DNA of 64,000 bases from Eledone cirrhosa (Eukaryota): the NCBI GenBank assembly GCA_964016885.1, contig OZ024745.1, positions 33,542,001 through 33,606,000 of the forward strand. Direction: 5' to 3'. The first letter of the stretch is position 1. Each line of letters opens with the position of its first letter. Below the pieces are notes generated by a model that saw only the letters and a list, made by a program, of their open reading frames with translations, was not told the DNA's origin and did no database searches. Below, in pieces: positions 1-12,499 of this stretch. The position numbers and the translations under genes are program-made.

Positions 1-47
1 TGTTGTTGTTATATATTGGGAATCAGAAGAAAGATGAGTTAAGGTAC

Positions 48-230
48 CTTTTCATGCAGTTGTTTTAGTTGTTCTTGTAGCTGGAAAATCGTTGATTTAT
101 CAAGTTCAAACTGACTTTTTTCTTGTGCAGATTTATCTTGTTTTTGCTTCAGTTGGTGTAACTGTGATGTCATTTCAAGGATGTGTCTGTTTAAGTCAGA
201 AGTGCAGTTTTGTAGGGACTGTATCATATC
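48..230 (-). CDS. CCDC171: CCDC171-like internal exon (DMIQSLQN...QLHEK), phase 0-0; gene continues past base 1
   Basis: ttctttctag|GAT acceptor, AAG|gtacct donor, 183 nt open coiled-coil frame, phase matches exon 2292-2509. Confidence 0.8.
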
Positions 231-261
231 CTAGAAAGAAACAGAAAAACAGTGGGATGAA

Positions 262-578
262 TCATCATCATCATCATCATTTCATTTTACGTCCACTTTT
301 TCCCTGCTTGCAAGGGTGGGACGGGAACTGATTCTGGCTTGATTTCTACAGCTGGATACCCTTCCTAACACCAACCTCATTTACAGTGAGTGCTGGGTGC
401 TTTTTTGCCGTGGAATGATATGGACCCCAGTCCCTATCATCTCATTTCTACAGCTGAGTAAACTGGAGCAATGTGAAATAAAGTGTCTTGCTCAAGGAAA
501 CAACACATCACCCGGTCTGAGAATTGAACTCACAACGTTTTGATTGCAAGGCCAATGCTCTAACCACTAAGCCATGTG
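262..578 (-). mobile_element. tRNA-derived SINE family 1 with RTE-type tail
   Basis: tRNA-like A/B-box head at ~510-578, (TGA)n tail at 262-280; similar copies at 628-989, 36002-36357, 40559-40937. Confidence 0.85.
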
Positions 579-627
579 TATAATTAATTCAATTTCATAA
601 AATATATTATATACCATATATATATAT

Positions 628-989
628 GGAGGCACATGGCTTAGTGGTTAGAGCATTGGGCTTGCAATCGAAAGGTTGTGAGTTCAATTCTCACACCGGC
701 TGATGTGTTGTTTCCTTGATCAAGACACTTTATTTCACATTACTCCAGTTTACTCAGCTGTAGAAATGAGAACACAGGACTGGGGTCCCTATCATTCCAC
801 TGCAAAAAAGCACCCAGCCCACACTGTAAAGTGGACATGTAGGCGCCATGGAAAAAAAACACCCAGCGCTCACTGTAAATGAGGTTGGTGTTAGGAAGGG
901 CATCCAGCTGTAGAAATCAAGCCAGAATCAGTTCCCGTCCCACCCTTGCGAGCAGGGAAAAGCGGACGTAAAATGATGATGATGATGAT
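628..989 (+). mobile_element. tRNA-derived SINE family 1, full length
   Basis: head ggaggcacatggcttagtggttagagca...gagttcaattctc, tail ccacccttgcgagcagggaaaagcggacgtaaaatgatgat; preceded by (TA)n. Confidence 0.85.
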
Positions 990-1144
990 ATACTTGTGTA
1001 TAAGTCACACCAACATATAAGCCATTCCTCCATTTTACTTATAACATTTACAATGTATTATATCTCTGTGATCTGGTTTAGAATAGATACACCATATCAC
1101 TACATGTTGTGATAGGTGTGTTGCTAGTTGAAAGCTATATTTAA

Positions 1145-1395
1145 TTAATATAAAGAATGGTGTGCTCATGCGTGAAGATGCTATAAAATAGGCTGAAGAC
1201 CCTTAAAGACAGAAAAAAATGCCATCAGTCGCTATGAGGAATCAAACCCAATATCTCTCAGATATCAGCTAGGCACTTTAGCCAGCATGTGGGAGATATG
1301 GGGTTTGATTTCTCATCAGCCGATGGCATCTTTTTCCTATTTTATAAGCTATTTTATAACATCTTTGCTCATGAGCACACCATTTTTTATATTAA
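1145..1395. mobile_element. foldback/MITE-like imperfect palindrome of about 250 bp
   Basis: taatataaagaatggtgtgctcatg matched by catgagcacaccattttttatatta; inner arms atgccatc..atcaaaccc / ggggtttgat..gatggcat. Confidence 0.65.
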
Positions 1396-2291
1396 CTTTT
1401 ATCACCTCAGCACTTCATAAAGTCTGAGAGATCAGCTATATAAACCCGATGTTTGTTGACACTATTTCATATTTTTACATACAGCTAGCACTACAAGTCA
1501 CTCACATCAGCTGTTAACTAGAAACCATGATTTCAAAACCTTCTGATAGTATTGCTCCCCCCAGTGATGCTACAAGGGAATATCTGTTTCTTTTTTTTGT
1601 CCACAGTGTAGTATGCTGTTCCCTCTATCATCCATGCAGCCTCTACTCCAGCCATATAGCAAAGCATTTTATGACCATTTATCCTGCTAAAACAGGAGTT
1701 GGCCTAGCGAGTCCCATGACATGCTTCTCCATTTTGCACAACCATCTGCCTCCTGGCTTTCATTCCCTCCTTCATCAACCATACATTTCTTGGTCTTCCC
1801 CTTCCTCTACTTCCACATTCATCCCTCACTCCTCTCATCTAATCACTTTCATCCTTCTTTAACTCATGACTTAGCCATCTCTTTCCATTTCTATTCTCAA
1901 CATTTATCACTGGCTCTATTCCCATCATCCTCTATAGTTCATTGTCTTCCTATATTTGAACAATACTCCATTCATCCACTGAACCATATACATATACAAG
2001 TTATACTATATATTATTTACTATATATTATACCATATGTATTTTGGTGCTTAGAATATACTGCGACCATGCTGGAGCACCACTTTGAAAGTTATAAGCAA
2101 TTATATCAATCACATTATTTATTTCATAAGCTGGTACATATGTCATTGACCTTAGACAGTTGAAAAGCAATGTGGACTTGGACAGCATTCAAAATTAGAA
2201 TTTAAAGAGATGTAAACACCATCCACTCTACATAATATGAAGATTAAAAAAAAAAACATTGTATTTTATTTATTGATTATATATTATTTAC

Positions 2292-2509
2292 CTTCTGGTA
2301 TAGTAGAGAATTAGTATCAGTTAATCGTCTACGTCTTAGTTGTGCCTGCAAACCATGAGTTAGTCTAGAGCTTAGAGACTCCCTATTTATAATAGTATTT
2401 GGAGTGTTCCAGTAATTCTTATTCTGAAAGTTCTGTACAAGTATGTTGGCAATTTGGTTTAAGGCACCACGGGTACAAACAAGGAATGATTTGAAACCTA
2501 TTTGAGATA
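2292..2509 (-). CDS. CCDC171: CCDC171-like exon (VSQIGFKSFL...LLYQK), phase 1-0
   Basis: ttctattccag| acceptor, AAG|gtaaat donor, 218 nt, open frame, phases fit both neighbours. Confidence 0.8.
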
Positions 2510-2961
2510 CTGGAATAGAAAACAAAATAAAATAATATAAAAATTAAACAAGTGAGAGAATATTTTATGTAATTGTGTTAGCAGAGTTGTGGTCTCTTCC
2601 CCTGGCTCAAACATTAAATGTTTAAGTAGCTATTCCTTATACTACTTGTGTCAGTTAAGTTATACTATTACAACATAACAACAAGCTAAAGCAAGGGGTT
2701 AGCTTTGTGGGCTCATACTAATTAGCTGACTGTTATGACGGGCATCCAACCATAATGTTACCATACCAATTAACTAACCCAATCCTTCTGTTCTGGCCTG
2801 AACATATCCCCATCATTCTCATTATCCATTTTCTATGCTGGCATGGGTTGGACAGGTTGTCATGTTTTGAGACTAGAAGACCATGTGTTGCTCATATGTT
2901 TCATTTTGGCACAGTTTCTACAGCTGGATGCCTTTCCTAATGTCAACTCCTTTACAGTGTG

Positions 2962-3392
2962 TGATGGGTGCATTTAACTAGGAATTATATATTAAACCAG
3001 CCTCTGATGGGTGCATTTAACTAGGAATTATATATTAAACCAGCCTCTGATGGGTGCATTTAACTAGGAATTATATATTAAACCAGCCTCTGATGGGTGC
3101 ATTTAACTAGGAATTATATTATTAAACCAGCCTCTGGTGGGTGCATTTAACTAGGAATTATATATTAAACCAGCCTCTGATGGGTGCATTTAACTAGGAA
3201 TTATATATTAAACCAGCCTCTGATGGGTGCATTTAACTAGGAATTATATTATTAAACCAGCCTCTGATGGGTGCATTTAACTAGGAATTATATTATTAAA
3301 CCAGCCTCTGATGGGTGCATTTAACTAGGAATTATATATTAAACCAGTCTCTGATGGGTGCATTTAACTAGGAATTATATATTAAACCAGTC
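2962..3392. repeat. minisatellite, about 10 near-identical 43-44 bp units
   Basis: unit tgatgggtgcatttaactaggaattatatattaaaccagcctc, starting inside a decayed SINE/RTE-UTR segment. Confidence 0.95.
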
Positions 3393-3882
3393 CCCATTAC
3401 ATAGGAGTTGTTATGGTATCATCATCATCATTCTATGTCTGCTTTCGACACTGGCATGAATTGGATAGGTTGTCATGGTTCATGACCAGAAAAGTTGGAG
3501 CAACCTCATTTTGCTCTTACATTCCAAATTTCGCAAGGATGGTATGGTTGGATGGCCTTCATAACATCAACCATCTTACAGGGTGTACTGGGTCGGTTTT
3601 TCGTGACACCATCACTACCACTTTTCAGAGTACACTGCGTGCATTTTGTCATGGCACCAGCACTAGAGAGGTTGTGATATATTCCAACAGACCAAAGATT
3701 CTTCTCTACCCTGATAGAAAAACAACTATGTATATGTATAAATATGTGTGTGTGAGTGTATGTGTGTGTGTGTACAGATCAACCAATGCCTTGTCAGTGA
3801 ATTTGGTAGATGAAACATGTCTGGCTGCTAGTTTTGTATTGAAGCTTTAAATAGTTGAAGTAAACAGAAACTAAAGAAATAC

Positions 3883-4020
3883 CGTCATTTAGTGTAGCTT
3901 TTGAGACCACTTGTTGGAGTTCAATGACAGACAACCTCAGAGATTCATTCAGGTTTTGATTGGTTAATAACTGAAGCAGGCTTTTAGATTTGTCTTCATC
4001 AAAGTTGTCTGCAAGACAAC
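3883..4020 (-). CDS. CCDC171: CCDC171-like exon (GCLADNFDEDK...ATLND), phase 1-1
   Basis: GAC G|gtattt donor; two same-phase acceptors (exon start 4020 or 4008); open frame. Confidence 0.7.
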
Positions 4021-4203
4021 CTTTCAAAAATAAATAGAAAAACAGTAAGAAATACATTAGTTTTATTTGTAAGTCTATTTTATGTAGTTCTCTATTTATT
4101 TATACTGGATATGATAAGGTTACAACTATGATTGGGTTATCTGCCAGTCTGGTTATGGTGGCTTTAGCTTCTGAATATAGATTTCAAGTAATATGAATGA
4201 ATG

Positions 4204-4239
<36 letters not shown>

Positions 4240-4418
4240 TCATCGTTTAATGTCCATTTTTCTATGCCGGCATGAGTTAGATGAGTTGTCCTGTTGTGAG
4301 ACTGTATGACACCTGTGTGGAAAGTGCGATGCTGCATGGTAGTGAAACATGGGCTGTGACTGCAGAGGATGGTTGTGAACAGCAGTTGACAGTCAGAATA
4401 AACAACAGCAGTATTGTA

Positions 4419-4613
4419 CAAGGGTGGGCTGAAAAGTTCATAGGCTGACTATGAAGCGGTAATGCTAGAGGTGTGAAATCTTGCAGGCAATTATTTCAAA
4501 TCTTCTTAATAACTGCATTGTTTCTTTCCATGAACGATGTTGAAAAATAAACCTCATCTGGTCATTCCATGAGAGTAACTTGGTCAGTCTGTGAACTTTT
4601 CAGCCAACTCATG
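4419..4613. mobile_element. mariner-derived MITE
   Basis: TA then caagggtgggctgaaaagttc; inverted end gaacttttcagccaactcatg; same end sequence as the mariner remnant at 36860-37232. Confidence 0.65.
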
Positions 4614-7552
4614 CTTGCATATTACATACACAAACATCAACATCAGTAACAGTAGTTATTCCTGTTATATTTATGAAAGGAAGGTAACAAACTCAAATGA
4701 TTATAACAAATATAGAAGACATGTTGTTTGTTGCCTGTTGCACCTCAGGCAACTTTTTCTGAACATTAAAGAAAGTAATGTGTACATCTTACCATTGTCC
4801 TGAGTGTAACACATAAACCAGATGATTGGCGGGAGAAAGATAACTCTTTATTAATTACTCTAAATATATAGTCTGAGTTGTTGTTTAGCCCCAGGCCAGA
4901 TCTATTATCAAATGTATTTCAGCTGATATTGTCCAATATATTTTATAGGGGTTTGATTTAAACTAGATTTGGCTGCTATTTTTGGCAGATTAAGTAACAA
5001 TATAGAAGTTCCTTCACATGCTGAAAATAGTACAATTATCTTTCAGAGATACACAATGTGACTCTAGAAGAGTTAAACTAATTTAACCCACCATGAAATC
5101 TTAGAGAGCTATATATACTGTGAGAATAAGAATAGCCTTTATGTACAGTGGATATAAAATGATGATGATGATGTCTCAGCTAGACATGACAGAATAGTAT
5201 GCCCACTCTACACAAGAACAGGTGGCGACTAATGAAAAAGAATAAAACTTTCTGTCATATCCATCATATAGTGGATTAAAAATTATTGCTGGCATTAAAT
5301 TTAGCTTGCTGAAAGATGTAGAGGCCATGATTATACTGATAGGAAAAAAAGTATACAAAACATTTAAACAATGAGGCAGAAGATAGCTAGTACTTATAGA
5401 TGTGATATTTTCTTTAACCCTTCCATTAACATATTCCTAATGAAAAATACTGCCTATAATTATAAAAATAATCAAGGATTTGGAAGTTTGCAACATAACT
5501 TAACAAAGGTTCTTACATAAAACTATGATGGAAGGTTTTTAGATAAAATAAGACATTCTCAAAAAGTACAAAACATCGATATGACTGCATCACATTAAAT
5601 ATTAAAGTCTTTACTATAATTCTGCAAATTTCCACAATGATTTGTCTACTAGTAAAGTAAAGATATCATGAACAGTTGAGTTAACAAACCCATTTTTAAA
5701 GATATTTTCTGCTAAATAATTAAAGGATGCTAAGAGTTAATAACCAATCTATTATGTTCATGGAAGCAGAAGACAAAGAAAGAAGTAAGGTCACATCTCA
5801 CCAGGTTAGATGACATAAAAGAATACAAAGGTGGCTATCAATCTGTTGTATGGTAGATCCATCCAACCCATGTCAGCATAACAAAATATACCTAAAAATG
5901 CTGTTGTTCATGATGATGATGATGATGATGGTAACAGTTGTAATGGTGTCCATACAATACACGTAGAAGCACATTTATATAGCATAATTGATTAAAAAAT
6001 ATTTAATAATACACACCTAATAATAAAAAAAAGTCTATTAATTTCCAATTTCAATTTACAATGTTTACTATATTAATTGGTATTTTTTTTCTTTTTTATG
6101 TACTAACAGTCATCACCTGACAGTGCTTTACAGCCAAACAAGGTTGTGGGATGAACATGGAAAAAAGGATGATGACAGGAAATGGAAGAGTGATTGGTAT
6201 AAGTGTCAAAATGATGAATGAACTGGTCGTTTGGATGATATTATGGCATGGGGGGGTACTTATTGACCATTTTTTTTTTTAAAAGGTCAATATTTTTGGC
6301 TGCAGGGAAAGTGATCTCTAGGCAATTTGTGATAGGTTTATTGTTTAGTATGCAAATAGTTTATTCAACAAATTTTAATTAAATATATTGTTTGCATTAA
6401 AAAAAAGAGAAAGAAAAAAATTAAATAGCAACATTAAGAGGAAGAAGAGAGAGTGGCAAACTCTACACTCCAGTCTATGTAGTATATCTCAGATGTTTTT
6501 TATGGATAAAACAGTGAAGGTAGTGCCATGGAAACCATCCAGAAATACTAGCTAGATTAGTCACTCCACTGCACAGAGCTCCATTATATTTCAAGTTGAA
6601 TAAAATAACTGTTTTTCAAGACAATAATCTAATAGCAACCACATTGTACAATAGTAAATTCAGCCATTCAAAACACACACAAAAAGTATCTACTTTTCAT
6701 TTATTTTGTGGAATCAATATTTTTGTTAAACTCTTTGTGACCTGACCACTGACACAATTCTACTGCCAATGTAGTAGTAGGATTGTGTCAGTGGCTAGGT
6801 CACATAAGACATCACCATCATTTAACATCAGCTTCCCATGCTTGCATGGGTTGAATGGGTTACCATGGTCTAATACTAGATGTGTTGGAGAGACAATATC
6901 TTGCTCACATGCTCCATATTTTGACTTGGTTTCTACAGCTGGATGCCCTTCCTAATGCCAACCATTTTACCAAATGTAACAAGTGCATTTTATCAGGACA
7001 CCAGTACTACCACTTTACAGAAATATTCTGGGTGCTTTTTATTGTGGCCCCAACATTCACTTTACAGAGTTTACAGAGTGTACTGGGAGCATAATAAACA
7101 TTTTAGCACTATGAAATAAATGGAAAATGAATGTAACAATTTTTAGTGCATTTTTTTTGAATGGTTAAAATGATTACCACATAGTAATTGTTTTAGTTTC
7201 AATGACAAAAAGTGGCCAGTCCATCCTGTAAAGTGGTTGTATTGGTGACATGACAAAAAGTGCCCAGCCCATATTGTGTAGGTGTCATGATAAAAAGCAC
7301 CCAATCCACACTGTAAATGTGGTTGCCATCAGGAAGGGCATGCAGCCATAGAAACCAAACCAGAATTATTTCTGTATGAGCAAGACACGGTCATCTGATC
7401 AGGCTTGTCTCACAATGGGACAACTTGTCTAACCCATGCAAGCATGGAGAAATGGACGTTAAACACTGATAGTGATGATGGTGATACATAATCTCAAGTC
7501 AAGTCAATTGTCAAACAAGTAAAACTCTGAAAAATGAAAAGAAAAAATTTAC

Positions 7553-8075
7553 CTGAAAAGGATTTTGTAAAGTTTTGACCACCAATGATTGCTTGAACTA
7601 TCAGAGAAACAGGTTCCAGGGCTATATTAAAAGCTGAAAGCAATCGTTTGCTGGTCCTCCTCAGAAAAATCAGACGATTAGCAGCCAAAATAACAATGGC
7701 ACAACAACGGAACCTCATAATTGGAGATTTTTTACAGTCGAGTTTAATGTGAAATTTGTTTGTGCTATTTTCTTCAAATTTCAACAACTGACAGTTAAAA
7801 TTTTGAATTAAAAGTCGAAGATGAGAAAATGTAGTCTCGCTTCTTTTGACAGATTCTTTTAAAATATGGCATTGCATAATTAAATCAAGAATTTGAGTGT
7901 ATAATGGCCATACAAGACTACAAAGTAGACAGCAGACTATTTGTAGTTGAGCATTGTTTGTTGTATTCATACAGAGGAGTTCTTGTACTTTTTTACATTT
8001 AGATTCCAGTTCTCTGTGAATGTTACTGGAACACTTCATTTTATCAATGGCCTTCTCTGCTATTGCTTGTTTATC
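7553..8075 (-). CDS. CCDC171: CCDC171-like large exon (DKQAIAEK...RFRCCAIVILAANRL...KSFS), phase 0-1
   Basis: tctccag|GAT acceptor, TCA G|gtaaat donor, 523 nt open; motif resembles CCDC171 FRKGVIAVLAANRL (recalled, not searched). Confidence 0.88.
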
Positions 8076-8876
8076 CTGGAGAAATACAAAACAATAATGA
8101 AATTAATATACACTTCAAAAAACATTTTGTTTATTTTTTAGTTTGACAAGGAATTTTTGACCCATGGATTTTTGCAAAGTCTCCAAGACCCACGAAGAAA
8201 AGCTTGGAAGAAACTATGATTCATAAGTTACTAAAACAAAATGGATTCTGCTAAAGGCACCAAATGACCAAGTGACATTGTTACCATATTTCTAACAAAA
8301 GACACTGCATAGGATTTTCAAATAATCTTGAATATCACCATCACATCATTTTAACGTCCACTTTCCCTGTTAGCAAGGGTTGGATGTGTCCATACAGTCC
8401 AAGTCAGTACTGAAGTGGAGCCACTGATCTCCCAGACAAGCCAGGGATCTGTGTCTCGCTTATGTACGATCTCACGTTCCACCAAGTGCACAGGAGAGGT
8501 TGTCATGCTTTTGACACAACTGAGGGTCCTCCCAACCCTTTATTTGACAAGATTTCTATGGCTAGATGCCCTTGCTATAACCAAACACTTTGAATATATA
8601 ATCAAGAATTTGGAGGGATTTAATGACGTAAGTAAAAACTAATTTTCTCATTATTAAGTTGGTGTTTAGAACATAATTTAAAGGTTCTTACATAAAATTG
8701 TGATGAAGTGTTTTTATATAAATAAAAACAATTTAAAATAAAGTTTCGTATTGTAGAATTAATGGTGGTTTCAGAAAATTTGATATCAAAAGAGTTAAAC
8801 CACGTTATAAAATAAAATTAAAACTGTGAAACACAAAAGCCAAATAGTGTAAAGCATTTTTTAGTTTGGTTCATTA

Positions 8877-8877
<1 letters not shown>

Positions 8878-8930
<53 letters not shown>

Positions 8931-8956
8931 GCTGCTACTGCTGCTGCTGGTGCTGT
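8878..8956. repeat. (ACT)n/(GCT)n microsatellite
   Basis: seen directly. Confidence 0.95.
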
Positions 8957-9647
8957 TAATGTAAGTACAAAGATTCGAGACTCCAAGCAAAAGGTCATCT
9001 GACTGATTGGCCACCATTCACTTAACAAAAAAAAAAGACCAAAACCTGTGACCCACAGACCCCCCCCCCCCCCCACCCGATTTAGTGGGTTTAGTTGATA
9101 TAGAAAGGTTCCTTGTTTAAATCCATCTTGGTTTATAACTTGTTTTTATCTCCCAGTGTGCTCCTCTAGCATTTCCATTCCTGGATTTACCCACAAAGCA
9201 ACAGGGTAATGATCGATCAACTGATTACATATGTGAATACACATATATATTCACAAGCATATACACACTATTGGATGACCATTAACTCTCATGAACTTCT
9301 CCAGCCTTTGAAGGGTTTTATTTTCCATACTGCAGAGGGTCCAAAAGTCACCCTCCTCACCAAGCAAGCTTGACAGGGTTATTGGTTTATTTGTCAATGA
9401 CCTAACAATGCAACAGGTTGTACTGGGTTACCAGTAGCACTCAAAAGTGACCTGACCACATGCATACACACATGACAAGCTTCCTTTCAGTTTCTGTCTA
9501 CTAAATTTCACTCACTGCTCAATCTGAGGCTGTAGTAGAATGTGATTAGCCAAGGTGCCATGCAGTGAGACTAAACAGGAAACCACATAGTTATGAAACA
9601 AACTCTTCACTGCACAGCTATTTGAATGTCTAAAACTCACTTTAGAC

Positions 9648-9937
9648 CAGTGGTTCCCAAACTATATGCCGCGGAGCACTGATGTGCCACAAGATGAAAC
9701 TAGATGTGCCACAAAAAACTAAGAGTAAATTTTAAGATGTGAAGATTATAAACTGAAATTCATATGAAAGTTTATACATAGCTGTGAAAGTGGCTAATAA
9801 GTAAAGTTTAGTAACAAGATTTGCAATTTGGAAATTTCTTTTTGAATAAATTTTTGAATTTATGGTACAAAATGTGGCAGGATATGTTTACTTTTTCAAA
9901 AATGTTTCTTGAGTAAAAAAAAGTTTGAGAACCAGAC
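9648..9937. mobile_element. hAT (Charlie-like) MITE
   Basis: TIR cagtggttcccaaact / agtttgagaaccag; 8-bp TSD ctttagac / atttagac. Confidence 0.7.
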
Positions 9938-10001
9938 ATTTAGACATAACATTGACAAGCTATATATGATGTTGGTGATTAAACACAAATTATTCACATA
10001 C

Positions 10002-10190
10002 CTTAATCTCATTGCTAATTATTCTCAGTTCATTTTCATATTGGCTCTTGATTTCTGTCTTCTGTTTTTGCCATGACAACTCCCGTTCTTTAGACAAAGC
10101 CATCATATGGCTTAACTGTTCTTCATAAGACTTCTTTAAACCAGTTACACAACTCTCTTTTTGACGCACTGTATCTTCAAGATGTGACAC
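10002..10190 (-). CDS. CCDC171: CCDC171-like exon (VSHLEDTVRQK...SNEIK), phase 0-0
   Basis: caaaag|GTG acceptor, AAG|gtatgt donor, 189 nt; SWQKQKTEIKSQY resembles the CCDC171 W-x-x-QK-x-E segment. Confidence 0.88.
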
Positions 10191-11188
10191 CTTTTGAGGA
10201 AGATGATAATTTTAATAGCAACAACAATAACAACAGCAATGATAATAATGGTTTCTTTATTTACACTAGCATGACTGAGATGCCAGGTTGTACCTGTAAT
10301 AAACCCAATTCTTAAATATGGATGGGTGTGTTCGACCGTGCACGAGACATCGGGAACACCAACACAATGGATAGTGTAAGTGTAGGGATGACTAACCTGG
10401 ACAGATCGGCCAAAAGAGTCAGCGATTGATGTTCAGATGGATCACCAAAACACACACTCCTTACAACAATAATAAAGAAATAACTTAACTTTTTTTCTTC
10501 TGTTGATGATATATATATTTTATTCACAGTTGTATAAATAAAATTACGAATTGTTTATAATTCTTACAGAATGAAAATATAAACACAAATAATACATACA
10601 ATTAATTATTGCTAGGATCTTATAAATATAATACACAAAAATATATAAACAAGGGCGGTGCCCCAGCATGGCCTCAGCCGGATGGCTGAAACAGGTAAAA
10701 GAGTAAAAGAGTAAAACAAAGTGTGAGAGAAAAAACAAAAAAAACACTATGTGTGTCAATCACACACCAGTTGTCCCATTTGAGGCAATTTAAGTCAAAT
10801 GACTGTGTCTTGTTCATACAGAACTGATTCTGACTTGGTTTCTATGGCTGGATGCCTTTCTTAACACCAACCACATTTACAGTGTGGGCTGGGTGCTTTT
10901 GTCGTGAACCTACATGACCACTTTACAGTGTGGACTGGGTGCTTTTTATTGTGGCACCGTAACATTAATTCTATATTCTCAGTGCTTCAAAGTCCAGTCT
11001 CTCGGATACATTCTTTGTTTGTTTATATTTAATATTTTAATAGTATCTTAAATATGGTTATGTAAGGTAGGTCTACTATAAATATATATTTGTAAAGACA
11101 GAAATTCTGAATGAGGAGGTTTACTATATGTTGAGTAATAACAGTATCTTAGATATGGTTATATAAGATAGGTCTCCTAATATAAATA

Positions 11189-12300
11189 TCTATATATTAA
11201 TTTCAACAATGTCAGTATTCCGTGTGTCATAATTCTCGATTATCATTGGTTCATAGGTTTCAAACGACTCCGCCCACTTCAACGACGCCAAACTTAAATT
11301 AATATGCCAATGATGGAGTGAGAGGGGAGAGTAAGAAACAGAGAGGCAAAGTGAACGCTGTGTTGGATATACTATGTATATGTGTCAGTGTAGAGACGTG
11401 TGTGATGTGTGTAGAAATAAGAGGGGAAGGAAAGCAATAACTATTAACATGTGTACGTGTGTGTAAGTGTACGGGTGCGTGTGTAAGTTTGCATGCGTGT
11501 GCGTGTTTCCATGTGTGTATGTGTGTGTACGTGCGGCGTACCACAATCGCCACGCAGTTTATCTGTCTGTGTGTCGGTCTGTCAGTCTAACATACACAGA
11601 GTTGTGAAGGGAGTAAATAGGGACCTTTTTTTACATTGACGGACATCTTTTATATTTATTATTGCGTCATTTTTTGACAATTGCTCGAAATGAATACTGA
11701 TAATAAAAGCAATTCGACTTTATCAAACAGTGAACTACAGCGGCGACGGCGTGCAGCCAGGAATGAAGAAAAACAGGCCGAACAGCGCCATCGGAACGCC
11801 GAACTTCAGAGGCGAAGACGTGCCGCCATGAATCAAGAGGAGCTGGCTGAACAACGCCAACGAAACACTGGAGCCAAGCAGCGACGGCATGCTGCGATGG
11901 TTGAAGACGAACTGGCTGAGCATCATCTTTTATATTAATTATCTATATCTATATCTACATATAATATAAAAAATTGTAACTTCCATCATCCTTTTGAGAA
12001 ACGTGGAACAACCACGTCTATGCAATGATACACGTTTTACAGTCAGGCAGAAGATGATCCATCTCCTAGAGGTCACTATTCTAGGTGGGAGCACCTAGAA
12101 TTGTTTATATACTACACACAAACGGTAAAACGAAGAATCTGGTATATCTGGAAGATTCTTTTTACTGTTTTTTGTATCACACAGACACCATGGACTCGCC
12201 TCATACTGTAACCAGACAAACATCCAATACAGTCATTTTCTCTTTTACCTGTCTTCTCTTATCATCTGTTTACCTGGGTGAAGCTGGGTACATCAGCTAG
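11189..12300 (+). mobile_element. non-autonomous Helitron (internal-deletion derivative)
   Basis: 5' TC, 3' gggtgaagctgggtacatcagCTAG, inserted at A|T without TSD; RRRRAA repeat ORF 11681-11938 and helicase C-terminal-like GAPRIVYILHTNGKTKNLVYLE at ~12085-12153. Confidence 0.85.
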
Positions 12301-12499
12301 TATATTTGTAAAGAGAGAAAGTCTGGGGAAAGAGGTTTACTTTATGTTGAGCAAAATGTAAAATGTGTAATGGAGGGGAGTGAATGAAAGAAAGCAACAG
12401 AGGTTTATATGTTGTAAATAGCAAAGAATGATTAACACAATATACAATATCAGCTTCTAACCTTGATAGCAATATCATTAAAGATAATGTCAGATATAA

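Noticed and set aside
628-700. tRNA gene
   Set aside because: tRNA-like A/B boxes run into a SINE core and tail and recur in several copies; no proper acceptor stem.
2962-3392. CRISPR array
   Set aside because: Units are contiguous with no unique spacers, no cas genes, eukaryotic intron context.
11681-11938. Independent Arg/Glu-rich host gene
   Set aside because: Lies inside Helitron termini and resembles RepHel N-terminal repeats.
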